From: Camelus ferus
Taxonomy: Eukaryota
Length of the DNA: 64,000 bases
Reading direction: 5' to 3'
Assembly: GCF_009834535.1 (NCBI RefSeq)
Contig: NC_045697.1
Span: 87,918,001-87,982,000, forward strand
This document shows positions 12,366-26,460 of this stretch, piece by piece. Within the stretch, counting starts at the first letter, position 1, and the number at the start of each line of letters is the position of its first letter. A program made the position numbers and the translations under genes. The notes beneath the pieces are model-generated. The model had not been told where the DNA came from. It was given only the letters and a program-made list of their open reading frames with translations, and made no database searches.

Positions 12366-14289
12366 GTGCAGAAAAATATGATCTTTCCTTTACCTAAGAA
12401 ATCCAAGACTTTTAAATATGAGCATTTCCTAAATATCCAAAACTCTAATGTGTAAAAAGGAAATAGCTCTTACATGTAATGTCTTTACTTTTACAGATGA
12501 TTTAAGCTGTTAAATTCTTGGCAAGTGCTATTTTCAACTTTCTTTCCCCTCTCCAAATATGATCAGTTGTAATTTATTAACTCAATAAATATTTGAGGTT
12601 TTAAATGTGTTTCCTGAAAAAGATTTATTTCTCTTTTAAATAAAACATTTTCATTGTGGGCCAGAATATAATCACTGAATTTCACATCTGCCAGTGTCCA
12701 GTTTAAAATAAACTTTATGAACTTTGATGAAGTTCCTAGAAATGTATCAGTGCGAGGCTGTATCACAAACCTTCTGTTTCAAACTTCTCACTTACACAGG
12801 TAGATTTTGCTTCTTTCTGAATTGGATGGGTATGCTAACTAGTACTCCTTGGCCCCCAAATATTCCATCCCAAGTGCATCCTGTGCTAGTGCAAAGATAG
12901 GAGATTCACAGATTTTAATACCTGGGCTCATGTTTCAAAACTGGCCTGAGAAAATGGAGTAAGAGTGACCTTTAGTGGCCACTCTGAGTAATCACAAAGG
13001 GATGAAATCTGTCTCAGGGGGATAGATGGACAAGTCTATGTTTGCAGGACTACTTAAAGCAGAAACGTAAGTTAAAACTGACTATCCATGACACTTTTTA
13101 TCATTCTGTTATAGCAGAAGATCAAAACCCTGGGAGTTCAGACTGAAGTGCATTTTTAATTGATAAACGGAAATCTCGTCACACCTAATAATGATAATTA
13201 GTAACTTCAATGCCTGAATCCCCCACACAAATAGATTGGAAAAGTACCATTTAACTGAGGCAAAAAATCCTTTGCTTTCCAGAGACTGGTAAAAGTCACC
13301 TAATAATCTTTTGAACTTCAGAACTAAGCCCCAGGAAGAAGAGTTACTTGTTAGCACCACTTTTGACCTTGGAAATGAGAGTTCTCTTTCATTTAAAATT
13401 AAAGTCACTTTATTGATGAGAATTAAATGCTCAAAATGTACTTTCCCCTCTTTTATTAAGAGACATCAGTACCTCCTTCTATAATTCCATTTTAAAATAG
13501 AAAGAATATCTCCATAATTAAGACATTGACTCATTTATACTTAGGTATTGCTTTCTTAATAACTTAGTTTCTCTTCAATGGAAGTACTCTCTAGTCAAAG
13601 ATGTGTCAAAAGATAGACAAATTCCTGAAATATTCTTATTAAAATCATGTTGCAGCCTTTTTTTTTTAAATAAGGATTTTCAGTGTTACAAATAACCTAT
13701 ACATTCATATAAATGCTTTCAGAGAACAAACACTGTGCTTTGTTTTAACAAACTGCAATATTTATTACTCATGTTATTAAAATTACTTCTTTTTCAAAAA
13801 GAGTTTTTCTGGCCAAACCCATTGTTGTGTTTGAAGACAGATTTTTATAACAAAGAAAAAGCAGAAATAGGTAACACTTTAAAAAAGAATCAAGCTTTCT
13901 GAGTCAGTGTCTTTTAGACTGGCCCATTATAAAAAATGCACGACCCTTATAAAGCACAAAAGATAGATAAAAGCAATGTGGCTTTTATCGAGATCAAGAA
14001 TTAAGAAATATTTTTTTTAGTCTTATTTGGCATATCAGTTTGCTTCCAGGTATTTGACAAATGAGGATACTAATTGAATTAAATGACATTTCTTTGAAAT
14101 AATAATATACATTCTTATTGTAAGTTTGACATAATTATAACTAAAAAAATTGAATGGATAATTGAAATCTATTTCAGATAGTTCCTTTAAGATACCTACA
14201 TATATTATATATACACATACGCATGCATTTATACACATACATGTACACAAATATATTTATATATGTATATACAAATTCTGACTCAATGA

Positions 14290-14740
14290 TTATCCCATAA
14301 TCTATAACTATGAAGCAAATCTCCCCAAAGCTGAATAACATAAAACAACTATTTTATTATGTTCATGATTTTGTGGGTGAAGAATTTAGGCACAGCACAG
14401 CACAGCAGTGATGACTGTTCTCTTCTTCAGGATGTCTTGGATCTCAAATCGGGTAGCTCTAACTGCTGGAGATGATTAAGATGGCTTTACTAGCCATGTT
14501 GATTTTGTCTGTCAGCTGTTTCCTCCTTTCTTTGTATGGTATCTCCATGTGGCTAGCTTGGGATGCCTTTTAGCGTAGAAACATCAGACTGTTTATGTGG
14601 TGGTTTAGGATTCCAAAAAGTAATGTTCCAAGAGACACATCTGTCATCAAAGCATACTAAATTTATAGTGAGGGACACAGAACCAATCTCTTGACAGGAA
14701 GAGTGTCAACGAATTTTTGACCATCTTTAATCTACTGCAA
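14290..14740 (-). mobile_element. MLT1 (ERVL-MaLR) solo LTR
   Basis: caaatctccccaaagctg...aaaacaactattttattatgttcatgattttgtgggtgaagaatttagg; ctccatgtggctagcttggg; ccatctttaatctactgca. Confidence 0.8.
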
Positions 14741-15639
14741 ACATGAAATATTTAGGTCTTTGATAAATTTTAGCTACTCTACATAGCTGAAGGAATGCCA
14801 GAGGCCTATTTATAATTTATAATTTATAATTTTATAATTTAAAAACTGGATAATAAACCAATTGGGTACTTCCATTATTAGCAGAAACATTAAGGCATTG
14901 TGATGATAGAATGCAATAAGATAAATCCATGGATAAATTTAAAAACTATGACTGGTCTTAATGAATCTCTATATTTTCAAATTTCCATTTTCTCATTTTC
15001 TTTCCCCAGATCCCAGATGTTCCTGGACCAAGAATCGTTAGGTCATTCCCTGCCTTCCAGGAGCTTCAGAAACCAAAGGCCAAATACCAACTACCCACTT
15101 TCACTGTCATTTTTATGGCTATTATCAAATATTTGCAGCCAATTAATTGAGCAAAAGCACTGGGAATATAGCAATCATATATGTTTCTTCACTTCCATAA
15201 CAGGACTATTTGGGATTTGAGGACCCAAAGGAAAAATAGTAGTAGTAGTAGTAATAATAATAATACTAATAATACTCTTTTTTTTCTCACCAAGTTTGGA
15301 ATGACTTAAGAATGTAAATGTGGGAGTCAGGCGGATGAGATTAAAATGTCAGCTTTATTACTAATAAACTTAAGTTAAATATGTGACTAAGTTAAACAAT
15401 CGAATCAGCTTGCTCTTTTACATCCTCTTGAGTTGAACTAGTCCCCGGACTTCAGATCTTCTTGCCAAGCCTGTTGCATACCAGAAGCAATTGCTGCATG
15501 GACAAAGGACAGATCCCAAAAATAGGGAGGGGGCCTGAGCCACACATGCCCATTCTCTTCTCCCACATTCATCAAGTGGAAAATTTTGAGGAGTAAGGGT
15601 TCTTTCTATGTTATTATTGGCAACCAAAATCTAAAACAA

Positions 15640-18600
15640 CAAACAAAATTTCCAAGTATCCATTTTCAAAGTTCTCTCTTCATAGCACACATTTGTTTTA
15701 AAAAGCAGTTAGGTCTTATTCACTGAAATGGAACGTATAGTCAAATGAATTCATAGCAGTGGTCAGAAAATTTGGACCACAGGTCTTTTTTAAAGGGAAA
15801 TGTATAGTTAATTTTCAGGTACTAGTATCTCACAAGGTATAATTCAAGGCAAGAAACAATGAAAAGAGACAAATGTGATCTTTGCATACTGGAAAAAGGA
15901 ACAATATAGAATGAAGATATCATGGTTCATCATGATGACATATTTCATAATATAGTTTCAAAATATATAAAGTTACAACTAACAGAAATTCATGAAGACA
16001 TTTCCAGAATATATAAAGAGCTCATACAACATAATAACAAAAAAACAACCCAAGCCAAAAATGGGCAGAAGACCTAAACAAGCATTTCTCCAATGAAGAC
16101 ATACAAATGGCCAAAAGGCACATGAAAAAATGCTCAGTATCACTAATTACCAGAGAAATGCAAATCAAAACTACAATGAGGTATCACCTCACACTGAGAT
16201 ATCACCTCAGTCAGAATGGCCATTACTCAAAAGTCCACAAATGATCAATGCTGGAGAGGATGTGGAGAAAGGGGAACCCTCTTACACTGTGGGTGGGAAT
16301 GTAGTTTGGTGCAGTCATTATGGAAAACACTATGAAGATTCCTCAAAAGACTAAAAATAGACTTATCATATGATCCAGCAATCCCACTCCTGGGCATATA
16401 TCCAAAGGGAACCTTAATTCAAATGGATACATGCACCCCAATGTTCATAGCAGCACTATTTACAATAGCCCAGACATAGAAACAACCTAAATGTCCATTG
16501 ACAGATGACTGGATAAAGGAGCTGTGGTATATTTATACAATGGAATACTACTGAACTGTAAAAAAAGAATAAAATAACACCATTTTCAGCAACATGGATG
16601 GACCTGGAGAATGTCATTCTAAGTGAAGTAAGCCAGAAAGAGAAAGAAAAATACCATATGATATCACTTATATGTGGAATCTAAAAGAATAAAAAAAGAC
16701 AAACAAACTTATTTATAAAACAGAAACAAACTCACAGACATAGAAAACAAACTTATGGTAGTGTGGGTGGGGAAGAGGGTGGGAAGGGATAAATTGGGAC
16801 TATGAGATTTGCAGATACTAACTAATATATATAAAATAATTAAACAAGTTCATAGTGAACTTGGGAACTATAGCACAGGGAACTATATGCAATATCTTGT
16901 AGTAACTATGGTGAAAAAGAATATGAGAACAAATATATGTATGTTCCTATATAACTGAAGCATTGTGATGTATACCAGAAATTGATACAACATTGTAAAC
17001 TCACTATACTTCAATTAAAAAAATACATATATATATAAAAGAAATGTATGAAGAAATAGATATATTAACCATTGTGGTTAGAGATTTTTAATATAACTGT
17101 TCAATAGCTAAGAATATCAAGCAGGACAAAAAGTAAAATGGCAAACATGACAGGTATAAATAATGTAATGTGTAAGATCCAACTATTAGGTATTTATAAA
17201 CCTCTAAACTTAATAAAGAAAGAATATACTTTTTATCATACATGAATAATTTATAAAAATTGACCTCTACTACTGTTCAAAGCAATATTGAATACATTCT
17301 AAAACAAATAGCTTATAAATCATGTTCTTTGGCCATAATAGAATAAAATTAGAATTTAATAACAAAAAGATAGTTAACAAAATTTCACTTTTCTGAAAAC
17401 AAAAATCACATATACTTTAGATCAAAAGAGAAATCATATGGAAAATTGTGAAGTACTTAGACCTGAAAGATAACATGTCTATGATAGCTAAATGATATTC
17501 AGAAGAAAACTTTTAGCTTTATAGGTGTACATATTTTTCAGGAAGTTAGAACTCAAAGAAATGACCAAAAATGGGTAATAATAAAGATTCTTATGAACAA
17601 GAATTTATTAGTAAATCTGAATACTTAATTAAAGGGGATAAACTTGGAGAAAAATATAAAACACACAAAATGTAAAACAAGAAATAAAAGACTTAAACAA
17701 AACAGTGAGTATTAATGAAACTGAAGTTGTAATCATAGTCAGAGCCTCCCACAAACTTCTCAAAATCTAGATTGCTTTACCATAATTCCTCAAATTCTTC
17801 TCAAAATAGTTTGATGTTACTCAAACTTTTAAAAAATAGTTATTTTTTATATTGTATATGTGTTTCTAGAAAATAAAAAGCTGCAAAATCTGCCTGCTTA
17901 TTGTATAGGGTAAGTATAATCTTGATCCCACAACTAGCAAGGAAAAAAAGAAAAGGAAGGACGTACTGAATAATTTGTCTTAGAAACATAGAAGCAAATA
18001 TCCTAAACAAAATATTAACTAGGTAAGTCTAACAATATATCACAAAATATACCATAATCAATTGGCATTTTTAATCCTGGGACTGAAAGGATGATGGATA
18101 GCAGGAACTCTTTCTGTGAAATACCTTCACTAATAAACTGAGGCAGATAAATCATATGGGTGTCTTAAAAGACAGAAAAGTTAATATGATTAAAGTCAAG
18201 TTTAATATATATTTACAACAAATAATTAGAAAATCTAGGAATAAAAATAAATTTTCCTCATTTTTGAAAAGTTTTCATATAACAATGCACCAGTTAATAT
18301 TGTATTTGTTGATAAAACTTCAGATGTTTTTCCTTTAATGTTAGGCCTATCTATAAAACAAATATGTTGTCTATCATTGGAACTGTTTAACTTATGACTA
18401 GGTTTTGATCAACATCCAAATTTTTTTAAAAAGGAAACAAAATAACAGATGTAAGTCTTGAAGGGAAAGATAATTTTATAATGTTCTTACATATGATTAA
18501 CTATAAAGAAAAGCCAAAAAAATTAGAACAAGAAAATTCAGTGTGGTTTCTGGACACAAGATTGACTGGAAAAAAGATCCAATTGTATTTATCTATTTCA

Positions 18601-19480
18601 GAAATAGGTAAGTGGAAAATATAAAATCTCTAGGAATTTACCTAATAAAGAACATGTAAGACTTCTATGAAATTTTTTTTAATTTAAATAGAAAAGGGGG
18701 CAAATGATTTAAGTAGCAATTTACAGAGGAAGATTTACAAAAGATTAAAAAGTATATGAAATACAAACTCATTAGTAAATAACAAAACACAAATTAAGAC
18801 AATTCTAGATATAAAATCGTAAGTATAGATTATATCTTCTTACTTATACCATCAGTTCAGCAATATCTTAAAAAATGCAAATGCAAAGTACCAGTAACTA
18901 TAAGGGGTTATAGGTAACCTCCATGTATTGCTGGTAGGGGTATATCGACTTCCACTTCCCAGACAGCTATTCTGGAGAATAGTTGGCAATAACATGCATA
19001 TTCTATGACCCTCAAACTTGCTTCCAGATTTATATTCTAGATAATATAAAGATAATATGTACAAATGGTGATATGTACAAACATTTCTAGAAATGTCAGA
19101 AATAATTCGTGTATTCTTTACTAATAGAGCAGTTAAGTAAAACATGGTGAGTACACACTACAGATACTATAGCAGCACTTAGAGGTCTCAGGTTACATAT
19201 ACAAATAGAAATAAACATGCATAAATCTTAAAAGCATAGTGATGAGTAAAACAAGTAAGAAAATAATAAAATATATGTATATTAATATTTATATAAGTTA
19301 AAATACATGAACACAAAACAGTAATACATATTTTATAGGAGTACTTAGAAGAAAAAAACTCTACCCCATTAAAAGCATTAGAATAGTTCCTTATGGTAGA
19401 TGGTAGGGCATGGAGATAAAAGGGTTAATAAGTAATAAAAAAGAGGGGACATCTATGGACCAATTACAATTGTGTCACAA
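15640..19480 (+). mobile_element. Old L1M (ORF2 endonuclease through 3'UTR), highly decayed, interrupted by a younger L1
   Basis: Collinear decayed ORF2 landmarks (gaaatagatatattaaccattgtggttagagatttttaata, i.e. EID..TIV.DFN; atcctaaacaaaatatta; atattctatgaccc) and an L1M 3'UTR at 19140-19480. Confidence 0.75.
16000..17039 (+). mobile_element. 5'-truncated younger L1 (ORF2 C-terminus + 3'UTR)
   Basis: Same 3'UTR family as the elements at 1 and 57778; TSD agaaattcatgaaga (15984-15998) / agaaatgtatgaaga (17040-17054). Confidence 0.95.
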
Positions 19481-20074
19481 ACAGAGGAGTGTGACTAACC
19501 CAAAACTAAGACATCTAAGGGGAAAAAAGACTTTAGATAAGCAGTGAATCTTTATGTGTTTAAAAAAGAAGAGTTTTATTGCCACTTTTCATCTGATACA
19601 AAGTATTGTGGAAATGTGTTATTTTAAGTAACAGTGAAAATCTATTTTAACAGGAGCCTTGTAAACTACAATGCTGTGAAAGTGAAGAATGTGAAAAAGG
19701 ACCGCTATCTACCTCTGTGGGATAGGGATCCCACACTCTTCCCTCAAATGTGATATATAATTAACTATGTGGCATACTTACAGAGTGAGGACACCAGCCA
19801 TCATATATTAAATGTTACAACACATTAGTAGTTTCTTATTATTCTGACACCCCAGTGGATCATTTTGTGCACCCATCTCACTTTGAAGACTACTATTCTA
19901 AATAAGCACCAGCTAATCTGATGAACTAATTCCAAAACTTTGACAAATGATTTTACATGTGTATGTGAATGCATATAATCATCTGCTGAAAATTTTATTA
20001 AATTTTTTAGAAATATACCAAAGAATAATTTGTACTACTTTATTTTGCAAATGCTACCTCAAGAATATGGAGCT

Positions 20075-22365
20075 GATAAAATTCAACATTCATTTATGAT
20101 AAAAACTCTCACCAAAGTGGGTATAAAGGGAACGTATCTCAACATAATAAAAGCCATTTACGACAAACCCACAGCCAACATAATAGTCAACAGTAAAAAG
20201 CTGAAAGCCTCACTGCTAAATTCTGAAACAAGACAAGAATGCCCACTCTTATCACTTCTATTCAACGTAGTATTGAAGTCCCAGCCACAGAAATCAGATA
20301 AGAAAAAGAAATAGAAGGTATCTAAATTGGAAGAGAGTTAAAATTGTCTTTATTTGCAAATGGCATAATACTGTATACAGAAAACCCTAAAGACCCCATA
20401 CAAAAATTATTAGAACTAATAAGTGAAGTCAGCAAGTTAGCAGGATACAAAATTAATATACAGAAATCCGTTGCATTTACACTAACAATGAAATATCAGA
20501 AAGAGAAAGTAAAAAAAAAAATCCCATGTAAAATTGCATCAAAAAATACCTAGGAATAAATAACTAAAGAGGTAAAAGACCTATAAATATTGATAAAGGA
20601 AATTGAAGATGATTCAAAGAAATAGAAAGATATCTCATGCTATTGGATGGCCATACTATCCAAAGCAATCTATAGATTTATTGTGACTATCAAATTACCC
20701 AAGAAATTTTTCACAGAACTAGAACAAATAGTCCTAAAATCTCTATGGAACCACAAAAGACCCAGAATTGCCAAAGCAATCCTGAGGGGAGAGAACAAAG
20801 CGGAAAGCCTAACCCTCCCAGACGTCAGACAATACTACAAAGCTATAGTAATCTAAAGGGCATGGTGCTGGCACAAAAGGCATATAGATCAATAGCACAT
20901 AATAAAGAGCACAGAAATAAACCCACATGACTACAGTCATTAGAAATAAACCCACACACCTACAGCCAATTAATCTTTGACAAATGAAGCAAGACTATAC
21001 AATGGTGAAAAGGCAGTCTTTTCAGCAAGTAGTGTTGGGAAAGCTGGACAGCCTTATGTAAATTAATGAAATTAGAACACATCCTCATACCATTTACAAA
21101 AATAAACTCAAAACAGTTTAAAGACTTAAATATAAGACATTACACCATAAAACTCTTAGAAAAGAACATAGGAAAAACATTCTCTGACATAAATTGTAAC
21201 AATATAGTCTTAAATCAGTCTCCTAAGGCAAAAGAAATAAAAGCAAAACATAAACAAATGAGACAATCAAATTTAAAAGCTTTTTGCACAGTAAAGGAAT
21301 AGTCAACAAAACAAAAAGACAACCTATAGATTGGGAGAAAATATCTGCAAACAACACAACTGACAAGAGGTTAATTTCCAAAATATAAAAACAGCTCATA
21401 CAATTCAATATCAAAAAAACCCCCACAACACAATAAAAAAGTGGGCAGAAGATCTAAATAGATATTTCTCCAAACAAGACATGCAAGTGGCCAATAGGTA
21501 CATGAAATGATGCTCAACATGGCTAATTATTAGAGAAATGCAAATCAAAACTACAATGTCTCACCTCAACATCAGTCAGAATGTCTATCATCAAAAAGTC
21601 TATAAATAATAAATGCTGGGGAGGGTATGGAGTAAAGGGAACCCCTCTATGCTGTTGATGTGAATATAAATTGATGAAGGCAGTATAGAAAACAGTATGG
21701 AGGTTCCTTAAAAAGGTAAAAATAGAGCTACTATATGATCCAGCAATCCCACTTCTGGGCATATATCTGGAAAAGACAAAAACTCTAATTTGGAAAGATA
21801 CATGCACCCCAATGTTCATAATAGCACTGTTTACAGTATCCAAGACACGGAAGCAACCTAAGCATCCATTAACAGATGAATAGATAAAGAAGACGTGGTA
21901 TACAAACACACACACACACACAAAATATACATAATGTAATATTATTCAGCCATAAAAAGAATGAAATTCTGACATTCACAGCAACATGGATGAACACAGA
22001 GAATATCATACTAAGGGAAGTAAGACAGAGAAAGACAAGTATTATATGATATCACTTACATGTGGAATCTATAATACAAATGGATTTATTTACAAAACAG
22101 AAATAGACTCATAGACATAGAAAACAAACTTATGGTTTCCAAAGGGTAAGAGGAGAGATAAATTAGGAATATGGGAACAACAGATACACACTACTATATA
22201 TAAAATAGATAAACAAAGATTTACTGTATGGCACAGGGAACTATATTCAATATTTTGTAATAATCCATAATAGAAAAGAACCTGAAATATATATACATAT
22301 ATCCGAATTACTTTGCTGTACACCCAAAACTAACACATTAAGTCAACTATTCTTCAATTAAAGAA
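20075..22365 (+). mobile_element. 5'-truncated L1 (RT domain to 3' end), artiodactyl-type 3'UTR
   Basis: Broken ORF2 pieces ([30 protein letters not shown] as a decayed FADD motif, [10 protein letters not shown]); TSD aagaatatggagct (20061-20074) / aagaatatgaagct (22366-22379). Confidence 0.95.
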
Positions 22366-22439
22366 AAGAATATGAAGCTATTAAGTGATTCAGAGATTTA
22401 TAAGGTGTAAGAGTGAAAGTGCGTGTGAGAGGAAGAGCT

Positions 22440-23815
22440 TGAATAAATGACTCTGCAAGAACGGAGTGTCAAGTATGCCTGGAAGTGGATCCTGAGAGTG
22501 CTGAATCAAGTGGAGAAGAATATAAAGCCAGAAAATGGCAATTTTGTCAACATAAGGGCAGTTTTCTAAAGCTGGAAAAGACCCCCAATGACGATTCATT
22601 GCCATAAATATCCTAATACATACAAAGATGGTTCCAGGAAGCTTGGAAAAAGTGATCACCCATATTCAATGAAGTAAAAATGCCAAAATTGCCATACCAA
22701 ACTGTAGAAGAAAGAACTAAAAAGCTCAGAGAAGTGGTTATACTAGAAAGTGTCTACTATAATAGATCAACATATCTATTAGTTGACCATGTTCCTTGGA
22801 TGCCATGGGGGAATCCTCAGTTTATCAAGTTAGTAACTGAATGCGTTAATGAGGAGGTCCTCAGTTCAGTACTGGTCTTCCAGGGCTGATAGTAGAAGAG
22901 GCTGTTACAAAACTGTGCTCCCTGACAGTAATGGGATAATGGGATCACAGAACACAAGGAGACATGTGGCAGCACATAGCTAATTGGAAGCAACCTTAAA
23001 GGATGGAAAGGTTGCAAAGGTACCCAGGGAAGGCTAAATTACAGAAGTATATCATTAAAAGATCAAGAACAGATAGGACTGAGGTCATCCACCACTATAG
23101 AAAATCTTTGTCCAGTTTTCAGACCTGGGCTAGTTCTCAGACACAGAAGAACTCCCCTCTTTCCTCCTTGGTAATCATAAGTTTGTTTTCTATGTCTATG
23201 AATCTGTTCCTGTTTTGTGAATAAATTCATTTGTATTATTTTTTAGATTCCACTTATCAACTGAAAGAGAAGCCAGACATCCATGAGGCAGGACCTGCAA
23301 CCAACCCCATGGCAAGTCTACACTGTAGTGACCTCAGTCCTTTTACAAAGAGACCTATGGCCATTTACTCAAGTAAATATACTTCAGACAAAGGGGAATA
23401 TTTAGCTTTTTTGAGAGATAATGGATACTGGATCTGAGTTGTTGATACCCTGTGTGGCTCCACTGGGTTGTCATGGCAGCCCTATTAGAGAAGGGATGTA
23501 TGAGTCAGGTAATAAATGAAATCTTTACTCAGGTCCATCTCACACTGGAACTGTTAGGTTGACAGAGGTAGCTGCTGGGTATTCCCTCGTTTCGGAATGT
23601 ATCATTGGAATGGATGCACTTAGCTGTTGGCAGAACCCTTTCACTGGTCTCTTGACCTGTATAGTAAGAGATATTTTAATAGGAGAGGCCAAGTAGAAGC
23701 CCTTGGAGCAGTTCCTCTTCCCTTACCAAGATAATAAATCAAAACCAATACCTCATTCCAGAAGAGGATTCCAGAGACTAGTCTACCACCTTAAAAACTT
23801 AAAGGATTCAAAAGT
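22440..23815 (+). mobile_element. ERV-L internal remnant: gag, aspartyl protease and start of pol
   Basis: Decayed ERV-L gag text (WILRVL..., MPKLPYQTVEERTKKLREV), protease active site atggatactggatctgag (MDTGSE), then ECIIGMD.LS.WQNP and IINQNQY.IP; many stops and frameshifts; no LTRs seen. Confidence 0.85.
23152..23257 (-). mobile_element. ~105-bp internal L1 3'UTR fragment inside the ERV-L
   Basis: Reverse complement matches gtggaatctaaaa...aaaacagaaa...catagacatagaaaacaaacttatg of the L1 3'UTRs in this window. Confidence 0.85.
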
Positions 23816-23844
23816 CACAGGACTGAAAGGATCTTGATTGGTGC

Positions 23845-23960
23845 GGCCATTACTCAAGTGTAATACATTTGTCAAACCTCATTGACTTAAAATGTGTGTA
23901 TTTTATTGTATGTTAAAGTTATATTAATAAAGTTTATTTTAAACAAAACAAAACAAAAAC
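23845..23960 (+). mobile_element. L1M 3' terminal fragment
   Basis: tacatttgtcaaacctcattgacttaaaatgtgtgtattttattgtatg...aataaag. Confidence 0.7.
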
Positions 23961-26129
23961 TAGCACCATCAAATTTGTTCAGCTTGTGTGAAACAGAATT
24001 TCTCCCTTTCCAACACATCACATTGAATTGTTCTGTTCTGTTACAATATGTATTTGTTCAATGTGCTTCAAAAACTATTATACTTCGCAGAATTAAGTTA
24101 TCTGGGGAAGCTGCCAGTATAGATGGAGAAGCTGTGGAGACAGTCCCAGGCTTAAAAATATCAAATTATATAGAAATTTACCTCTTGGACCAGGCTTTTA
24201 GTTTTAGTAGTGCTACTCTCAAGGAAATGCCCTCCAGTACCCACACCTAAAAGGGTAGAGCACTTACCCAGGGTTTAAGGATGCAAGAAACAACTGTGGA
24301 CTTCAATTCTGATTGCAAATGTCTATGGGAATTTATCTGTGCTAGTATTATTACTGAAATTGTTGTTGTTTAATGATCACACTACAAAGTTATGAACATT
24401 TAAGCTGTTTGGTTCTATTACATACATAACCCATGGTAATTTTAGTGTAGGATTTTGTATTATGCAAAACTTTTAGGAATATATATAGGGTTTGTAGCAG
24501 AAAAATCTGTTCTAAGATCTTTTTCAACACTTTTTTTTTTCTCTTTCAGCATTTATATGTGGTTTTTCACTAGTGCTTTATTTTTAGTTTTATATTAGTA
24601 AGTTATTAATAAGTAGGTTACTTATAAAATCAAAGACATAGCTTTATATGTGCTAATAAATATTTCAGTTGCATAGATGAGCTAATAAAATCTATCTTTA
24701 TCAGGATCTGGGTATCAGAAGTCCTTCAAAACCAGTCGAAGAAAAATACCCTGTATAGATCACATGAGATTTTTACATTTCTTTACACAATGTCAGTACA
24801 GAATATAGCTCTTTATAATGCATCAAAATTATTCATTTCTGTATTTTGCCTTTTATTAGGCTACTGTCTTCAAACTAATAGGATGATTTTAGAACCTGAC
24901 ATTTTTAAAGTACAAAAAACTGTAAATACATTTTAATACAACGAGTAAAGAACATGGTATATTTGCATCTTCATCTTACATATTAACGGGTGTTTTTCAA
25001 ACAAATATGAATGGCCTTAAAAAGCCACAGTAGGTTTTATCCAAAATCTTTTCATATATAAATCACTTTATTTTGTAGACCTATTTTTTCCTACTTATCA
25101 ATTGCATTATTCATTTGGGAATAAAGAATAGTTCTCTGCTAGTGATTTTTCTTTCTCATATTCTTTAATGATTGATTGACATGAACAAAAAACAGAGCCA
25201 GATGTTTTCTCTCTGCAGTTTCTTTCCCATGGTGTAGCATGTTTTAACACAGGTCACAACTGAGACCTGCTGTGCTGCATAGTATTCCTTGACGACAATG
25301 TTCACCATTAATAAAATTGTAATTCTTCCTTATCTCAATACCTTTTTCTTCTCAGTGAACTTTTGAACTTTTGTCTAAAGAGGTGGGGCATATAAATTGC
25401 CACTATCACACTGGTAGCATCCGGTCCTGAAAGTTCTCCAAAGAGAATAATATTATTGAAACCCAGCCTCCATATCAAAACTCAGCACTAGTCCAAAACC
25501 TTTGCACAGACAGACACACTCATGTTTATTACTTCTTATTTGATATTTAAATGAGTAGTCTCAAACAAATTTTGGTGAAGTATCCATAATTTGAGAAAAG
25601 TAAAGACTTAAAATTATTCTGGTAGCTCCATCTTTCCTATCATTATTTTCACTCATCAGAATTAATATCCATTTTGAGCTCAACAAATGCTAGTTTTGTA
25701 AAGCTGCTTAATGAAGAGAACAAGTTTAAACTTTATTTCCTCCTTTAATGCAACCAGAGGTTATGTTTGTTTAGAAAGCTAACATCTATCCAGATTATAC
25801 ACTCTCATCAGTGCAAGGCCAAAAATCACAGGCCCCAAACCACTCATTCCGTAACTCCCTCATTTTCTGACCTATGGCTGTTATTGTAGAAACTGGATCT
25901 ATTAAGATATTGCCTCTGGTGTAGCCAGGGAATATTGTGGCACCTTGTGCAATAATTTGAAAACAGTGGCTTGAGAGAAATGGTATGCAAAGAAATACAT
26001 CCCAGACCTTGACCTTTCTACATTGTCACAGTGAATGTTTGGATGGGCTTGCTTCCAAAAAAATACAAGAAGTGTATTTGAGAGCTAGGTGAGGTTGGTA
26101 AAACATGCTTAGTAGCTAATGATGGCATC

Positions 26130-26460
26130 ATGGGAGGCAGTGAGGAGTTTTACTTTTGGACTTAAGCATCAGGAACACCTGAAGTCAAATCCCACCTCAT
26201 CTATTTAACATGTGACCTTGTGCAAAACATTATTCTCTTTAAAACTCACTGTCTCCATCCACAAAATGAGAAAAACAATAGTAACTGCTTCTTTAGGTTG
26301 TGCTGGCTCAGAGAAGATACTCAATAAGTAGATTTGTTGAATTAAGTGTTTGTTGAAAAGGTGTTTTAATAATTAAAGTATTTATTTAACCATATAATGT
26401 ACATAAATGAACTAGCAAAGTGCCCAACACATATTAAATACCCTTTAATTGATGTTACTG
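26130..26460 (+). mobile_element. MIR fragments
   Basis: gtcaaatcccacctc...tgtgaccttgtgcaa...ctcactgtctccatccacaaaatgag; ctagcaaagtgcccaacacat. Confidence 0.7.

Noticed and set aside
13048..13066. Possible 19-nt microexon (tttgcag|...AAC|gtaagt)
   Set aside because: Weak pyrimidine tract, length not a multiple of three, and no other support.
14808..14840. (TTTATAA)n and other AT-rich simple repeats (also near 11505, 15236, 38515, 40235 and 43448)
   Set aside because: Ordinary low-complexity slippage products.
15418..15630. Minus-strand acceptor-like site with a 69-aa open frame
   Set aside because: The pyrimidine tract is the A-rich edge of an old L1, the donor is weak and the peptide is unrecognised.
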